From positions 1-29,918 of IMG/VR virus record IMGVR_UViG_3300027007_000024: a DNA stretch of 29,918 nucleotides; one strand, written 5' to 3'. Each line of letters opens with the position of its first letter. The first letter of the stretch is position 1. The position numbers and the translations under genes were made by a program. Below the pieces are notes generated by a model. The model did no database searches and was not told where the DNA came from. It saw only the letters and a list, made by a program, of their open reading frames with translations. This stretch comes from a virus. Taxonomy: Duplodnaviria; Caudoviricetes. This document shows, in pieces, positions 6,311 through 15,690 of this stretch.

Positions 6311-7877
6311 CGTCGAGCAGATCGAGCAGGCAGTCGCCGACCCCGAACTCCGGCGAGACGTCCTCAACCCCTTCGAGGACTGCCCGTGGGACGAGTTCCT
6401 GAACGAACTCACCTACGGGTACATGAAGGGCGAGCGCGACCCGTGGACACCCGTCGCGGACGTCCACCTCGACTGGGTCGACCGGTTCACCTCCAACACC
6501 AACGTCGGCATCCTGGCCCACCGTGACTCACTGAAGACGACCATCACGCTGGGCATCCTCATCGCCCACCTGGAGTACATTGACGGGTTCCGAGCTCACT
6601 GGATCACCAACACGCAGGGGCAGGCCCACAAGAAGGCCGACACCGAGTTCTGGAAGCTCGTCGAGCGCAACGAGTGGCTGACGAACCTGAACGCCCAGCC
6701 AGTCCAGGACACGAAGGAGGTCAAGGAGTTCCAGAACGGGTCGGTCCTCCACGCCGGGTGGCTCTTCGGGGCGATCGAGGGCGACCGCTCGCACCTGCTC
6801 GTCCTCGACGACGTCATCAAGGAGCACGGCGACGGCGAGACGGAGAACATCCTCACCTGGATCGAGGGCGTCACGGTTCCGATGGTCAAGGACAGCGGGA
6901 AGACGGCCGTCATCGGGACGCGCAAGCGCCCGGACGACATCTACTCGCACCTGATCGACCGCGACGCCTACGACTTCACCGAGTACCCGGCCGTCCTCGA
7001 GGAGTGGGACCGCGAGTTTTCGGACGACGACTCCTGGGAGGCTCGCCGCCCGCCGGAGGACGTCTACACCACGGTCGACGGCCGGCCGCTCGTCGACGAC
7101 GAGGTCCACGTCCTCTGGCCCGACGCTCGAGGCCCAGAGTACCTCGCCTCGAAGTTCGACCAGATGTCTCGCCACCTCTTCTGGCGGGAGTTCTGCATGG
7201 TCATCCGCGGCGCCGAGGGAAACCTTATCGACGCCGGTGACGTCAACGAGCTGGTCGACGACGGTGGGTGTTCCATCCGCAACCAGACCCCACCACGCAC
7301 CCTCACGCCGGGCGCCGGCGAGGCGACGATCGTCGCTCACGACCCGGCGCAGTCCTCGACGGGCGACAAGGCGGCCTTCGTCGCCTTCCGCGTCGGCCGT
7401 GACGGCCGTCGCACGCTACTGGACGCCCACGCCGAGACGGGCATGTCGCCCTCCCGGATCAAGGCGACGCTGGCCGACCTGGACGAGCGCTACGACCCCG
7501 CCATGGTCGTCATCGAGTCCAACGGCATCCAGCAGTACGTCGCCAACGACGCCATCGAGTTCTCGGCGTCGCTGCGCTCGAAGGTAACCGGCATCCCGAC
7601 GACCGGGAAGAAACACTCCTGGGAGAACGGCGTGCCCCGGCTCCGAACGCTCGTCGAGAACGGCGGCATCCAGTTCTTCAGGGGCCACGACGGCACGGAG
7701 AACTTTATCCAGGCGGCGCTCTCCCTCGAGCTTCGAGATGGCAAGCTGCGGGGCCACACACCGGACCTCATCGCGGCGTGGTACATGGCCGAGCAAGGGA
7801 TCCGCCGACTGGAGAAAGTCGGTGCACTGGACCCTGAGGAAGAGACCGACAGCAGCGGAGGCATTTCGTACCTATGA
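6303..7877 (+). CDS. terL: terminase large subunit
   Basis: Walker A-like AHRDSLKTT, Walker B LLVLDD, coupling motif VIGT, nuclease IVAHDPA, IESNGIQ, C-terminal PDLIAA. Confidence 0.93.
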   Translation: MSSVEQIEQAVADPELRRDVLNPFEDCPWDEFLNELTYGYMKGERDPWTPVADVHLDWVDRFTSNTNVGILAHRDSLKTTITLGILIAHLEYIDGFRAHWITNTQGQAHKKADTEFWKLVERNEWLTNLNAQPVQDTKEVKEFQNGSVLHAGWLFGAIEGDRSHLLVLDDVIKEHGDGETENILTWIEGVTVPMVKDSGKTAVIGTRKRPDDIYSHLIDRDAYDFTEYPAVLEEWDREFSDDDSWEARRPPEDVYTTVDGRPLVDDEVHVLWPDARGPEYLASKFDQMSRHLFWREFCMVIRGAEGNLIDAGDVNELVDDGGCSIRNQTPPRTLTPGAGEATIVAHDPAQSSTGDKAAFVAFRVGRDGRRTLLDAHAETGMSPSRIKATLADLDERYDPAMVVIESNGIQQYVANDAIEFSASLRSKVTGIPTTGKKHSWENGVPRLRTLVENGGIQFFRGHDGTENFIQAALSLELRDGKLRGHTPDLIAAWYMAEQGIRRLEKVGALDPEEETDSSGGISYL

Positions 7878-9766
7878 GCAACGACGACAGCAAGGTTTCA
7901 GTCAACGTCGAGGGTGTCGGGGGCGAGAGCCAACTATCGAAGGCCACCAACAGCACGCAGCTGGCCGACCGGCGCATCCGGCACCTGGGGAAGGGCATCA
8001 AGCCACCCTACAACCCAGACCGGCTCGCCGCCTTCCTCGAACTGAACGAGACGCACGCCGCGGCCGTCCGGAAGAAGGCTCGCTACGAGGTGGGCTTTGG
8101 CTTCGAGATCGTCCCGGTCGACGACGTCGACCCGGACGACGCCAGCGACGAGGAACGCGAACTCGTCGAGGACTTCTGGCGATCCCGAGAGTCGCGCTGG
8201 CAGACCGGACCGCAGCGGTCGGCCGAGCCGACCACTCCAGAGGAGGTGAAGGAACTCGCCCGGCAGGACTACCACTCCATCGGGTGGTGTTGCCTCGAGA
8301 TCCTCGCGAACGCCGAGGGCGACCCCGTCGGCCTGGCGCACGTCCCTGCGAACACCGTCCGGGTTCGCAAGCCCCGGACCGGCGAGGACGACGACCGCGC
8401 CATCGACCACGACTCACCCGACGGGATGGATGCCCGAGGATACGTACAGGTTCGCCACGGCCGTCGTCGCTTCTTCGGCGTCGCCGGCGATCGCTACCGC
8501 GGCCAGGGCGAAGACGACACCCGCGAGCCCATCTTCGTCGACAAGGAGAACGGCGACGTCGCGATGGGAAGCGCGGAGCCGCTGGACAACGAGCCCGCGA
8601 ACGAACTCATCTTCATCCGCAACCCCAGTCCGCTGGAACAGGACTACGGCGTCCCCGACTGGGTGAGCGCCATCCGGACGATCTCCGCCGACGAGGCGGC
8701 CAAGAGCTACAACCGGGACTTCTTCGACAACGACACCATCCCGCGGTTCGCCATCAAGGTGACCGGGGGCGAACTCTCCGAGGAGTCCCGGAAGGACCTC
8801 CGGCAGATGCTCGACGGTCTCCGCGAGGAGAACCACCGGGCGGTCATCCTCGAGGTGGAGAAGTTCGTCGACGAGCAGGGCTTCGGCGACGATGGGACTG
8901 ACCTGGAGATCGAACTCGAACCGCTGGGACAGGGCATCTCCGAGGAGATGGACTTCCGGCTGTTTCGCGAGAAGAACGAACACGAGATCGCCAAGGTCCA
9001 CGAGGTCCCGCCCATCCTCATCGGCGTCACGCAGACCTCGAACCGGAGCAACTCTCAGGAGCAGGTCGCTGACTTCGCGAACAACGTCATCGCGCCGGAG
9101 CAGCACAAGTTCGCCGAGCGCCTGTTCCAGATCATCCACCAGGAGGCACTGGGCGTCACCGACTGGACCATCGAGTACGAACTCCGCGGCGCCGACCAGC
9201 CCAAGGAGGACGCGTCGGTCGCAGAGCGAAAGATCCGCGCCGTCCGTGGGGCCGTCCCCGTGAACCGCGCCCTCGAGATGATCGGCGAAGACCCACTGCC
9301 AGAGGACCACCCTGTCGACGGCCAGACGCTCGTCGCCGACGTGGGAAGCGACACGCAGCCGGTCGGCGGCGATGACGGCGGCCCCGGGCAGACAGCGGCG
9401 TACCTTCCCCCGCCAGAGAACAAGATCGGCGAGCGGGACTGGGACGAGGTCAAGGAGCAACTGATATCGAAGGACCCGATCGAGACGGTGCAGTTCAACA
9501 GCTCGAACCTCGACGAGGGGCTGTACGACTTCGGGGAGCAGGAGCTATACCTATCCTTCCTGCGGGAAGAGGGCCAAAGCAGCCTCTACGCCTACGTCGA
9601 CGTCCCGACGACGGAGTGGTCCGGGCTGGTGAACGCCAGCAGCGCGGGCGGCTACCACTACGATTCCATCCGGCTGGAGTACCCCTACATCGAGATCACG
9701 AACTTCCACGACCGACTGCCCGAGGGGCAGATGCCGGACGATCCACCGGAGGACATCCCGCTATGA
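7874..9766 (+). CDS. portal protein with C-terminal KTSC domain
   Basis: Follows TerL; portal motifs YGVPDW, YNRDFFDNDTIP, EIAKVHEVPPILIG, SNRSNS; KTSC signature from about aa 534. Confidence 0.9.
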   Translation: MSNDDSKVSVNVEGVGGESQLSKATNSTQLADRRIRHLGKGIKPPYNPDRLAAFLELNETHAAAVRKKARYEVGFGFEIVPVDDVDPDDASDEERELVEDFWRSRESRWQTGPQRSAEPTTPEEVKELARQDYHSIGWCCLEILANAEGDPVGLAHVPANTVRVRKPRTGEDDDRAIDHDSPDGMDARGYVQVRHGRRRFFGVAGDRYRGQGEDDTREPIFVDKENGDVAMGSAEPLDNEPANELIFIRNPSPLEQDYGVPDWVSAIRTISADEAAKSYNRDFFDNDTIPRFAIKVTGGELSEESRKDLRQMLDGLREENHRAVILEVEKFVDEQGFGDDGTDLEIELEPLGQGISEEMDFRLFREKNEHEIAKVHEVPPILIGVTQTSNRSNSQEQVADFANNVIAPEQHKFAERLFQIIHQEALGVTDWTIEYELRGADQPKEDASVAERKIRAVRGAVPVNRALEMIGEDPLPEDHPVDGQTLVADVGSDTQPVGGDDGGPGQTAAYLPPPENKIGERDWDEVKEQLISKDPIETVQFNSSNLDEGLYDFGEQELYLSFLREEGQSSLYAYVDVPTTEWSGLVNASSAGGYHYDSIRLEYPYIEITNFHDRLPEGQMPDDPPEDIPL

Positions 9767-9981
9767 CACTCACCGATACCGAAATCGAGCAGATCCGAAC
9801 CGTCGTCCGTGAAGAACTCCGACGAAACAAGATCGGCGGTCTCTGTCCGAACTGCGACGGGAGTGCTGGCATCGAGGCGCATGAACTCGACCGCGCAGAC
9901 GAGTCCGACGCCGTCTGGGAGTTCGCCTGTATGCAGTGCGGGCACTCCGACACTGCTGAAGCGTTCGATCCAACGAGATAA
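9763..9981 (+). CDS. small zinc-ribbon protein
   Basis: LCPNC...FACMQCGH; ATGA overlap with the portal stop. Confidence 0.7.
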   Translation: MTLTDTEIEQIRTVVREELRRNKIGGLCPNCDGSAGIEAHELDRADESDAVWEFACMQCGHSDTAEAFDPTR

Positions 9982-10059
9982 GCGACACACCGATGACCCA
10001 GGGAGCGCCCCGACTCCCCTGGTGAGGTTCGACCGGGCAACAGGATTCTTCGACCACAC

Positions 10060-10176
10060 ATGAGCAACGACACAGCACGCGGCGAGAAGCGCGGCGTCCT
10101 CTCGACCGGTCGAGCCAAGAAGCTCGGGAAGACGAAGGACGCCGACGCTGACGCCGACGACGATGACGAGGGCTGA
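10060..10176 (+). CDS. 38-aa basic/acidic microprotein (not in ORF track)
   Basis: MSNDTARGEKRGVLSTGRAKKLGKTKDADADADDDDEG; same ACAC-ATG context as the next gene and in frame with it. Confidence 0.55.
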   Translation: MSNDTARGEKRGVLSTGRAKKLGKTKDADADADDDDEG

Positions 10177-10179
10177 CAC

Positions 10180-11616
10180 ATGCCACCCGTGACCAAGGCC
10201 GGCGGCACGGCCTTCCGGAAAGACGTCGCCTTCGTCACGAAGGACGACGACGAACAGGTGGCCGCCGGCATCGTGATGGTGCCGGACAAGGTCGACCTCC
10301 AGAACGACTTCGCGAGCGAGGACACCATCCGGGCGTTCGCCGAGCAGTTCGGCACGTTCGAAGAGGCGGGCCAGGCCGGCGGCGGCATCATGCACGCCGT
10401 CTGGCCGGACGGCTGGATGGAACTCGACCGCAACGAGGTCCTCGACGAGAGCGAAGAGATCGGCGGGCAGACTGTCGACGCCGGTTCGTGGGTCCAGGAG
10501 TGGTCCGTGGAGAACGGCGACCTCTGGAACCTCATCGACGACGGCATCCTCGAGGGCTACTCCATCGGCGCCATCCAGGTCGACTGGGACGGCCCCTACG
10601 AACAGGACGAGGTCGACGACGTCGACACGTCCGAGGTGCCCGACGACGAGCTCGTCTGGGAGCTGACGGACGGCATCATCCGGGAGGTCAGTGCAGTCGA
10701 CATCCCGGCGGTGCCGGACGCCGAGATCCTCGAGGCGAAGGCCGACGCCGAGAAGCGCCTGGCCGAGCACGTCGGCAACCAGGACGCCTTCATCGAGGAG
10801 GCACTGGAGCGCGGCCACAGCGAGGCCGAGGCCGAGCGCCTCTGGGACGTGCTCAACGATGCGATGGAGGCCGACGGCTCGTCGGAGCCGGGCAAGCAGA
10901 CAGTGCTCTCCCGGGCCGGCAAGGCGTTCCTCTCGGTCCTCTCTGGCACCGATGACGGGGCAGACGACCGTTCGTCCCCCGAGGCCCCGGACCAGACGGC
11001 CGCGAAGGCTGGCCGAACGCTCTCGAAGGCCAACCGCGACAGCCTCATGGCGTCGATCGACGCCAGCCTGGACGTCCTCGAAGACGCCGGCGTCGACCAC
11101 GGCATGACGCGGTTTACCGACCAGGACTCGGTCGACTTCGACCTCTCCGAGCACGACGCTCGCGAGTGGGCCGGTGACCACGGCGACGACGGAGAGGACG
11201 AAGACGAGGACGAGGAGGACGAGGTCGACAACGACGCCCCCGCGGGCGACACCGCGGACGACACCACAGACATGAGCAACGACGACGACCCGATGGCCGA
11301 CGCCCCGGAGTGGGCGAAGGCCCTGAACGACCGCATCGACGACCTCGAGGCCGAGAAGGACGCCGACGAGGACAGTACCGACGACCCGATGGCCGACGCT
11401 CCGGAGTGGGCGAAGGATCTCGCCGAGCGCGTCGACGAGATCGAGGCCAAGGCGACCGACAGTGAGACCGAGGAGAAGCCCGAGTGGGCGAAGAACCTCG
11501 AGTCTCGCATCGACGCCATCAGCAAGCAGGCCGGCTACAGCGACCAGATCGACGCCGGCGCCGAGACGGACGAGTCCGACAGCGGGCTGGATGGCCTGGG
11601 GAAGGCCCTCTCCTGA
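10180..11616 (+). CDS. XkdF-like prohead serine protease fused to acidic scaffold
   Basis: GIVMVPDKVDLQND, IMH, GSWV, GILEGYSIG, EVSAVDIPAVPDA; acidic C-terminus with PEWAK repeats; upstream of MCP. Confidence 0.88.
   Translation: MPPVTKAGGTAFRKDVAFVTKDDDEQVAAGIVMVPDKVDLQNDFASEDTIRAFAEQFGTFEEAGQAGGGIMHAVWPDGWMELDRNEVLDESEEIGGQTVDAGSWVQEWSVENGDLWNLIDDGILEGYSIGAIQVDWDGPYEQDEVDDVDTSEVPDDELVWELTDGIIREVSAVDIPAVPDAEILEAKADAEKRLAEHVGNQDAFIEEALERGHSEAEAERLWDVLNDAMEADGSSEPGKQTVLSRAGKAFLSVLSGTDDGADDRSSPEAPDQTAAKAGRTLSKANRDSLMASIDASLDVLEDAGVDHGMTRFTDQDSVDFDLSEHDAREWAGDHGDDGEDEDEDEEDEVDNDAPAGDTADDTTDMSNDDDPMADAPEWAKALNDRIDDLEAEKDADEDSTDDPMADAPEWAKDLAERVDEIEAKATDSETEEKPEWAKNLESRIDAISKQAGYSDQIDAGAETDESDSGLDGLGKALS
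11281..11493 (+). repeat. intragenic repeat DDPMADAPEWAK x2 plus a third PEWAK
   Basis: GACGACCCGATGGCCGACGCnCCGGAGTGGGCGAAGG occurs twice. Confidence 0.85.
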
Positions 11617-11628
11617 GGTGACTTCGAC

Positions 11629-12681
11629 ATGAGTACCAACTCCATCGACGCAGTGCGACAGCAGAATCAGAACTCGCTCCACTACGGCAAGGACGTCGAC
11701 CTGGCGACGCTGGACGGCTTCCAGCTGCCGTCGGACGTCACCGAAGAGTTCCTGGAGCGGATGCAGAAGGAGGTCAACATCCTCGGCCTCTCGGACACCA
11801 TGACGCTGGCGCGCCTCGAACAGGAGGTGCCGCAGTTCGGCGTGCCCGTCCTCTCGGGCAACCAGCGCAGCGAGGAGGGCTCCCGGACGACGAACTCCGG
11901 CGTCGACTCCGGCTACGTCAAGTTCAACGCGACGGACAAGTCCTACTACGTCCTCGTCGAGCCGACGCGTGACGCGCTGAAGAACACGCACTACGGCCCC
12001 GAGGAGTTCGGCTCCTACATCGTCGACCAGTTCGTCCAGCGGTGGGCGAACGACGTCGGCATCATCGGCATCCGCGCCGGTGCCTCTTCGGGCGACCTCC
12101 AGTCCACCTACTCCCAGGTCGGCAGTTCCACCCTCGACGACACCTGGGACGGCTGGATCGCCCGCGCCGAGGACGACACGCAGAGCGACGACGGGTCCTC
12201 CACCCGGATCGGTCTCGAGGAGACCGGTGCCTCGGAACTCTCCTCGATGCCGACCTACGACCAGGCATCTGCGGCCCCCGACACGCAGATGTTCAACGAC
12301 GCCATCCAGACGCTGGACTCGCGCTACCGCGACCCCGACAACGTCGTGTTCCTGATGAGTCCGGACAAGGTCCAGGAGTACGTCTTCTCGCTCACCGAGC
12401 GGGAGGACCCCCTGGGCTCGGCCGTCGTCTTCGGTGACTCCGAGATCACGCCCTTCAGCTACGACGTCATCGGCATCAACGAGTGGCCGGACGAGTACGC
12501 CATGCTCACGGACCCCTCGAACCTGGCCTTCGGCCTGTTCGAGGAGATGGAGCTCGACCAGACCACGGACACCGACAAGGTCCACGAGGACCGGCTGCAC
12601 TCGCGCAACTGGATGGAGGGCCAGTTCGACTTCCAGATCAAGGAGATGCAGGCCGGCGTCCTCGTCAACAACATCGGGTGA
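11629..12681 (+). CDS. major capsid protein (HK97 fold inferred)
   Basis: 350 aa after the protease; LTDPSNLAFG and DFQIKE...V.V C-terminal pattern; strong SD GAGGTGA; extreme GC3 bias. Confidence 0.88.
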   Translation: MSTNSIDAVRQQNQNSLHYGKDVDLATLDGFQLPSDVTEEFLERMQKEVNILGLSDTMTLARLEQEVPQFGVPVLSGNQRSEEGSRTTNSGVDSGYVKFNATDKSYYVLVEPTRDALKNTHYGPEEFGSYIVDQFVQRWANDVGIIGIRAGASSGDLQSTYSQVGSSTLDDTWDGWIARAEDDTQSDDGSSTRIGLEETGASELSSMPTYDQASAAPDTQMFNDAIQTLDSRYRDPDNVVFLMSPDKVQEYVFSLTEREDPLGSAVVFGDSEITPFSYDVIGINEWPDEYAMLTDPSNLAFGLFEEMELDQTTDTDKVHEDRLHSRNWMEGQFDFQIKEMQAGVLVNNIG

Positions 12682-12690
12682 TCGGTCGCC

Positions 12691-13050
12691 ATGACCGAAC
12701 CCACCACGAACGCGCGGATTCGTGACCACTTCGAGGGCTCTGACGGGTCCTACGTCGAGACGCTGTCGCCTGGGAACGGATCCGCCGTCGCGCCGGGTAC
12801 CGACACACGGACGGCCGTGGTCAACCCCGACGGGACCAACGGCGTCGACCTCTCGAACAACGAGCGAGCGGGTCACGTCGTCACCGTCATCCACAACGGC
12901 GGATCGAACACGCCGGTACTGTCGTTCGACGATGCCGACTTCGTCGGGACCGGCCCGAGCAACATCAACAGCGCTGGTGCAACGGCGACCCTGCTGAACA
13001 TCGACGGCAGCGCGAGCGGCTGGGTCGTCCTCGCCACCGGGAGCGCCTGA
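12691..13050 (+). CDS. virion protein, possible capsid decoration
   Basis: Gly/Ser/Thr/Asn-rich beta-type sequence directly after MCP. Confidence 0.65.
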   Translation: MTEPTTNARIRDHFEGSDGSYVETLSPGNGSAVAPGTDTRTAVVNPDGTNGVDLSNNERAGHVVTVIHNGGSNTPVLSFDDADFVGTGPSNINSAGATATLLNIDGSASGWVVLATGSA

Positions 13051-13052
13051 CC

Positions 13053-13313
13053 ATGCCCACGGTTGAGAAGACGGTGGGCGGGCGCGTCAACGTCCGCGGC
13101 ATCGGCGAGTTCGAACGCGGCGACACGGCCGACGTCTCCGAGGGCGACGCGGAGTACCTCGTCGAGGAGCGCGGCGACTTCGAGTACGTCGAGAACAGCA
13201 GCGACGACCAGGAGGACGACGTCGACGTGTGCGGCGCGGATCTCTCCGACGGCGGCACGTGCGACCGGCCCGCTGACGAGTGTCCCTACCACGGCGACGA
13301 CCAGGAGGACTGA
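13053..13313 (+). CDS. small acidic protein with C-terminal C3H motif
   Basis: CGADLSDGGTCDRPADECPYH. Confidence 0.7.
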   Translation: MPTVEKTVGGRVNVRGIGEFERGDTADVSEGDAEYLVEERGDFEYVENSSDDQEDDVDVCGADLSDGGTCDRPADECPYHGDDQED

Positions 13314-13316
13314 CCA

Positions 13317-13622
13317 GTGGGTTCGCGTACCGCCAACGAGACGATCGACATCGAGGACGCCGGCAACACCGTGTCCGTTGAGATGGCGGGCGCGACGATC
13401 GTCTCGCTCCACATCCGCGGCGAGGCCGCAGCCTCCTACCAGTGGGACGCGAAGCCCCGTGGCGGGAGCTGGATTCAGAACGTCGGCACCGAGCACACCG
13501 GTAGCGCGGACTACGACGAGGTCTTCGAGACCGGCGTCGAGGAAGTCCGTATTCGGTGCTCCACCGGATCCGGCGGAGCCGGTGACTCGGCGGACATCTA
13601 CCTGTCAGCCGGGGGCGGGTGA
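13317..13622 (+). CDS. small beta-rich virion protein
   Basis: Acidic ORF in the structural operon; GTGA overlap. Confidence 0.65.
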   Translation: MGSRTANETIDIEDAGNTVSVEMAGATIVSLHIRGEAAASYQWDAKPRGGSWIQNVGTEHTGSADYDEVFETGVEEVRIRCSTGSGGAGDSADIYLSAGGG

Positions 13623-14821
13623 CCGTGCCCCGCGACGCGTTCGGGAACGACGTCACAGCACGGACGAACGTTCTCGACGTCGCGGCGCACTACCCGTACA
13701 ATCCCGAGCGCCACCGGCTCTACGTCGACGGCAGTCGGGTCTTTCCGGAGTACGGAAGCGTAAGCCAGTACACGCACTCGGACGACACGCACGAACTCTC
13801 TCCTGCGGCGGGCGAGACGGTCACGCTCGAGAGCGCGGAACGTCCACGCTACGTCGTCCAGTACGAACTCGCGACCACCTGGGCGTTCGCCATCAATCAG
13901 TCACTTCAGTCCGGCGACAGCATACGGGTCGGCCTCTACGACGGGACTGACGGCTGGTACATGGAGCAAAACGGTAGCCACGCCGACGACGAGGCGGACT
14001 TCGTCCTGGAGCGAGCTGGATCGGAGGTCTACCGCGAAGAAGACCTCGACATCCGCATTCCGTCGACGGTCTTTGGCCGACTGAAGCTTCAGACCGGGTG
14101 GTACGATGTAACTCGGCAGCGCTGGGAACGCTCCTATCCGAACAACGGCGACCAGGAAAATCCCGTCATCGGGAAGTTCTCGGCGGACACCAGCCGCGGT
14201 TCGCGGACCGGCAACCTCCCGTGTCACTTCTCCGTCACGGCGTCCGGCTCGACGACCGGTCTGGTACTCGAGGCCGGTTCATTCGCACAGGTCAACCTCG
14301 GAACGACGACGCCGCAGACGCGGACGAAGGCGGCACTCTTCGAGGGCACTACCACCTCGACCGACGTGTGGGAGCCCGTGCGAGCATTCCGCGTCGACCC
14401 TGACCGGTCGATCGTGAATGTCCAACTGTCGGAACTATCAGCGCTGAGTTACAGTGCGGATACGACGGTAAAGGTCGCCATCTACGCGTTCGCCGATTCG
14501 AACGTCGCCTTCGGCGGTGGCGACTCCTGGGGAACGCCGGCGTCCTGGACAAGTTCGAACAACGTCATGCAAACGAGAACTGATGTCGACACGATCGTCG
14601 ACGACTCTGGCTCAACCTCGTCGGGTCCGACTGATCCCGGCGGGTATCAGATGGGCCACGCGGTGTTGACACCAACAGGGACACAGTTCCAGAAGGGCGC
14701 CAGCAGCGAAGGATTCGAAGCAAAGCGCAACCTGCCCCGTGACGACATCGCCGTCGTCTGCATCAACGCCGGAACCACCGGCGACGCGGAATACTCCACA
14801 ACCTGGGAACAGGACTGGTAA
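13619..14821 (+). CDS. 400-aa beta-rich protein, possible head fibre or lectin-like
   Basis: Long acidic ORF rich in Thr/Ser/aromatics, between capsid and adaptor genes. Confidence 0.75.
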   Translation: MTVPRDAFGNDVTARTNVLDVAAHYPYNPERHRLYVDGSRVFPEYGSVSQYTHSDDTHELSPAAGETVTLESAERPRYVVQYELATTWAFAINQSLQSGDSIRVGLYDGTDGWYMEQNGSHADDEADFVLERAGSEVYREEDLDIRIPSTVFGRLKLQTGWYDVTRQRWERSYPNNGDQENPVIGKFSADTSRGSRTGNLPCHFSVTASGSTTGLVLEAGSFAQVNLGTTTPQTRTKAALFEGTTTSTDVWEPVRAFRVDPDRSIVNVQLSELSALSYSADTTVKVAIYAFADSNVAFGGGDSWGTPASWTSSNNVMQTRTDVDTIVDDSGSTSSGPTDPGGYQMGHAVLTPTGTQFQKGASSEGFEAKRNLPRDDIAVVCINAGTTGDAEYSTTWEQDW

Positions 14822-14823
14822 TC

Positions 14824-15690
14824 ATGGCCGAAGGCTACTGCACACTGGAGGATCTTCGGCGAGCGCTGCGGGAGGCCGACCTCCCGGGCGACCTCTCGCA
14901 GGACAACGACATCGCCGTCGACGCGATCGCCTCGCAGTCCATCTGGCTGGAGCGCACCTACAAGCGCCACTGGTACGCCTCCACCGGAGACGACATTCTC
15001 TCCGAGGCGTCGACCATCACCATCCCGCAGGACCCAAAGACCAGGGACGACGAGCACTCAATCCCCCGGCACGGCGGGATGGTCCACGGCGCCAGCGAGG
15101 AGGAGCGCTACCGCCATCGCGAGAACAGCGACGCGCTTCTCGAGTCCGACCCGCGGTACGACCGCCGTCGACGCGAGCTGCGTCGCGATCCGAAAGAGGA
15201 GATCCGAATCGCCACCGGCGAGTACATCGAGGGCTACGACGAAAGCACCCCGGCCTACACGCGCATCCGGCTCGACCGGAAGGACGTCGACGCCATCAAC
15301 TCGTTGCACATCATCGGCGAGGACGGCTCGTACACCGACTGGGTCAGCGACAGCGGGTACGATGGTGGCGCGGGGCTCACGCACCGCGGCGAGGACTTCT
15401 GGGCCCGGACCAACAACGACGGCATCTCCGAGCTGTACATCGACGTCCACTCGCTGGACGACGACATCGCCAGCCTGAGCAACGCCGTCTACATCGACTG
15501 GCACTACGGCCACGACGGCATCCCGCGGAATATCCGGCGGGCGGTGGCCTGCTTCGCGGCGGCGGAGTTCGCCCAGGAGGCGGCCATCCAGATTCCCGAG
15601 AACGCCACCATCTACAACGTCGAGACGCTGGCCGAACAGTTCCGCGAGAAGGCCCAGAAGCTCCTCGAACCCGACGCGGTGACACCCTGA
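14824..15690 (+). CDS. head-tail adaptor
   Basis: N-terminal YCTLEDLRR and C-terminal YGHDGIPRNIRRAVA, typical of gp6/gp15-type adaptors. Confidence 0.78.
   Translation: MAEGYCTLEDLRRALREADLPGDLSQDNDIAVDAIASQSIWLERTYKRHWYASTGDDILSEASTITIPQDPKTRDDEHSIPRHGGMVHGASEEERYRHRENSDALLESDPRYDRRRRELRRDPKEEIRIATGEYIEGYDESTPAYTRIRLDRKDVDAINSLHIIGEDGSYTDWVSDSGYDGGAGLTHRGEDFWARTNNDGISELYIDVHSLDDDIASLSNAVYIDWHYGHDGIPRNIRRAVACFAAAEFAQEAAIQIPENATIYNVETLAEQFREKAQKLLEPDAVTP

Noticed and set aside
11281-11493. CRISPR-like repeat-spacer array
   Set aside because: Only two full copies, in frame and encoding scaffold peptide repeats; no cas genes.
9685-12894. 1069-aa minus-strand ORF, and similar ones at 6528-7340, 8414-9460, 17053-18369, 20216-22123 and 25091-26170
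   Set aside because: Antisense shadows of high-GC3 acidic genes (V/L/G/R-rich, no motifs) that fully overlap well-supported + strand genes.
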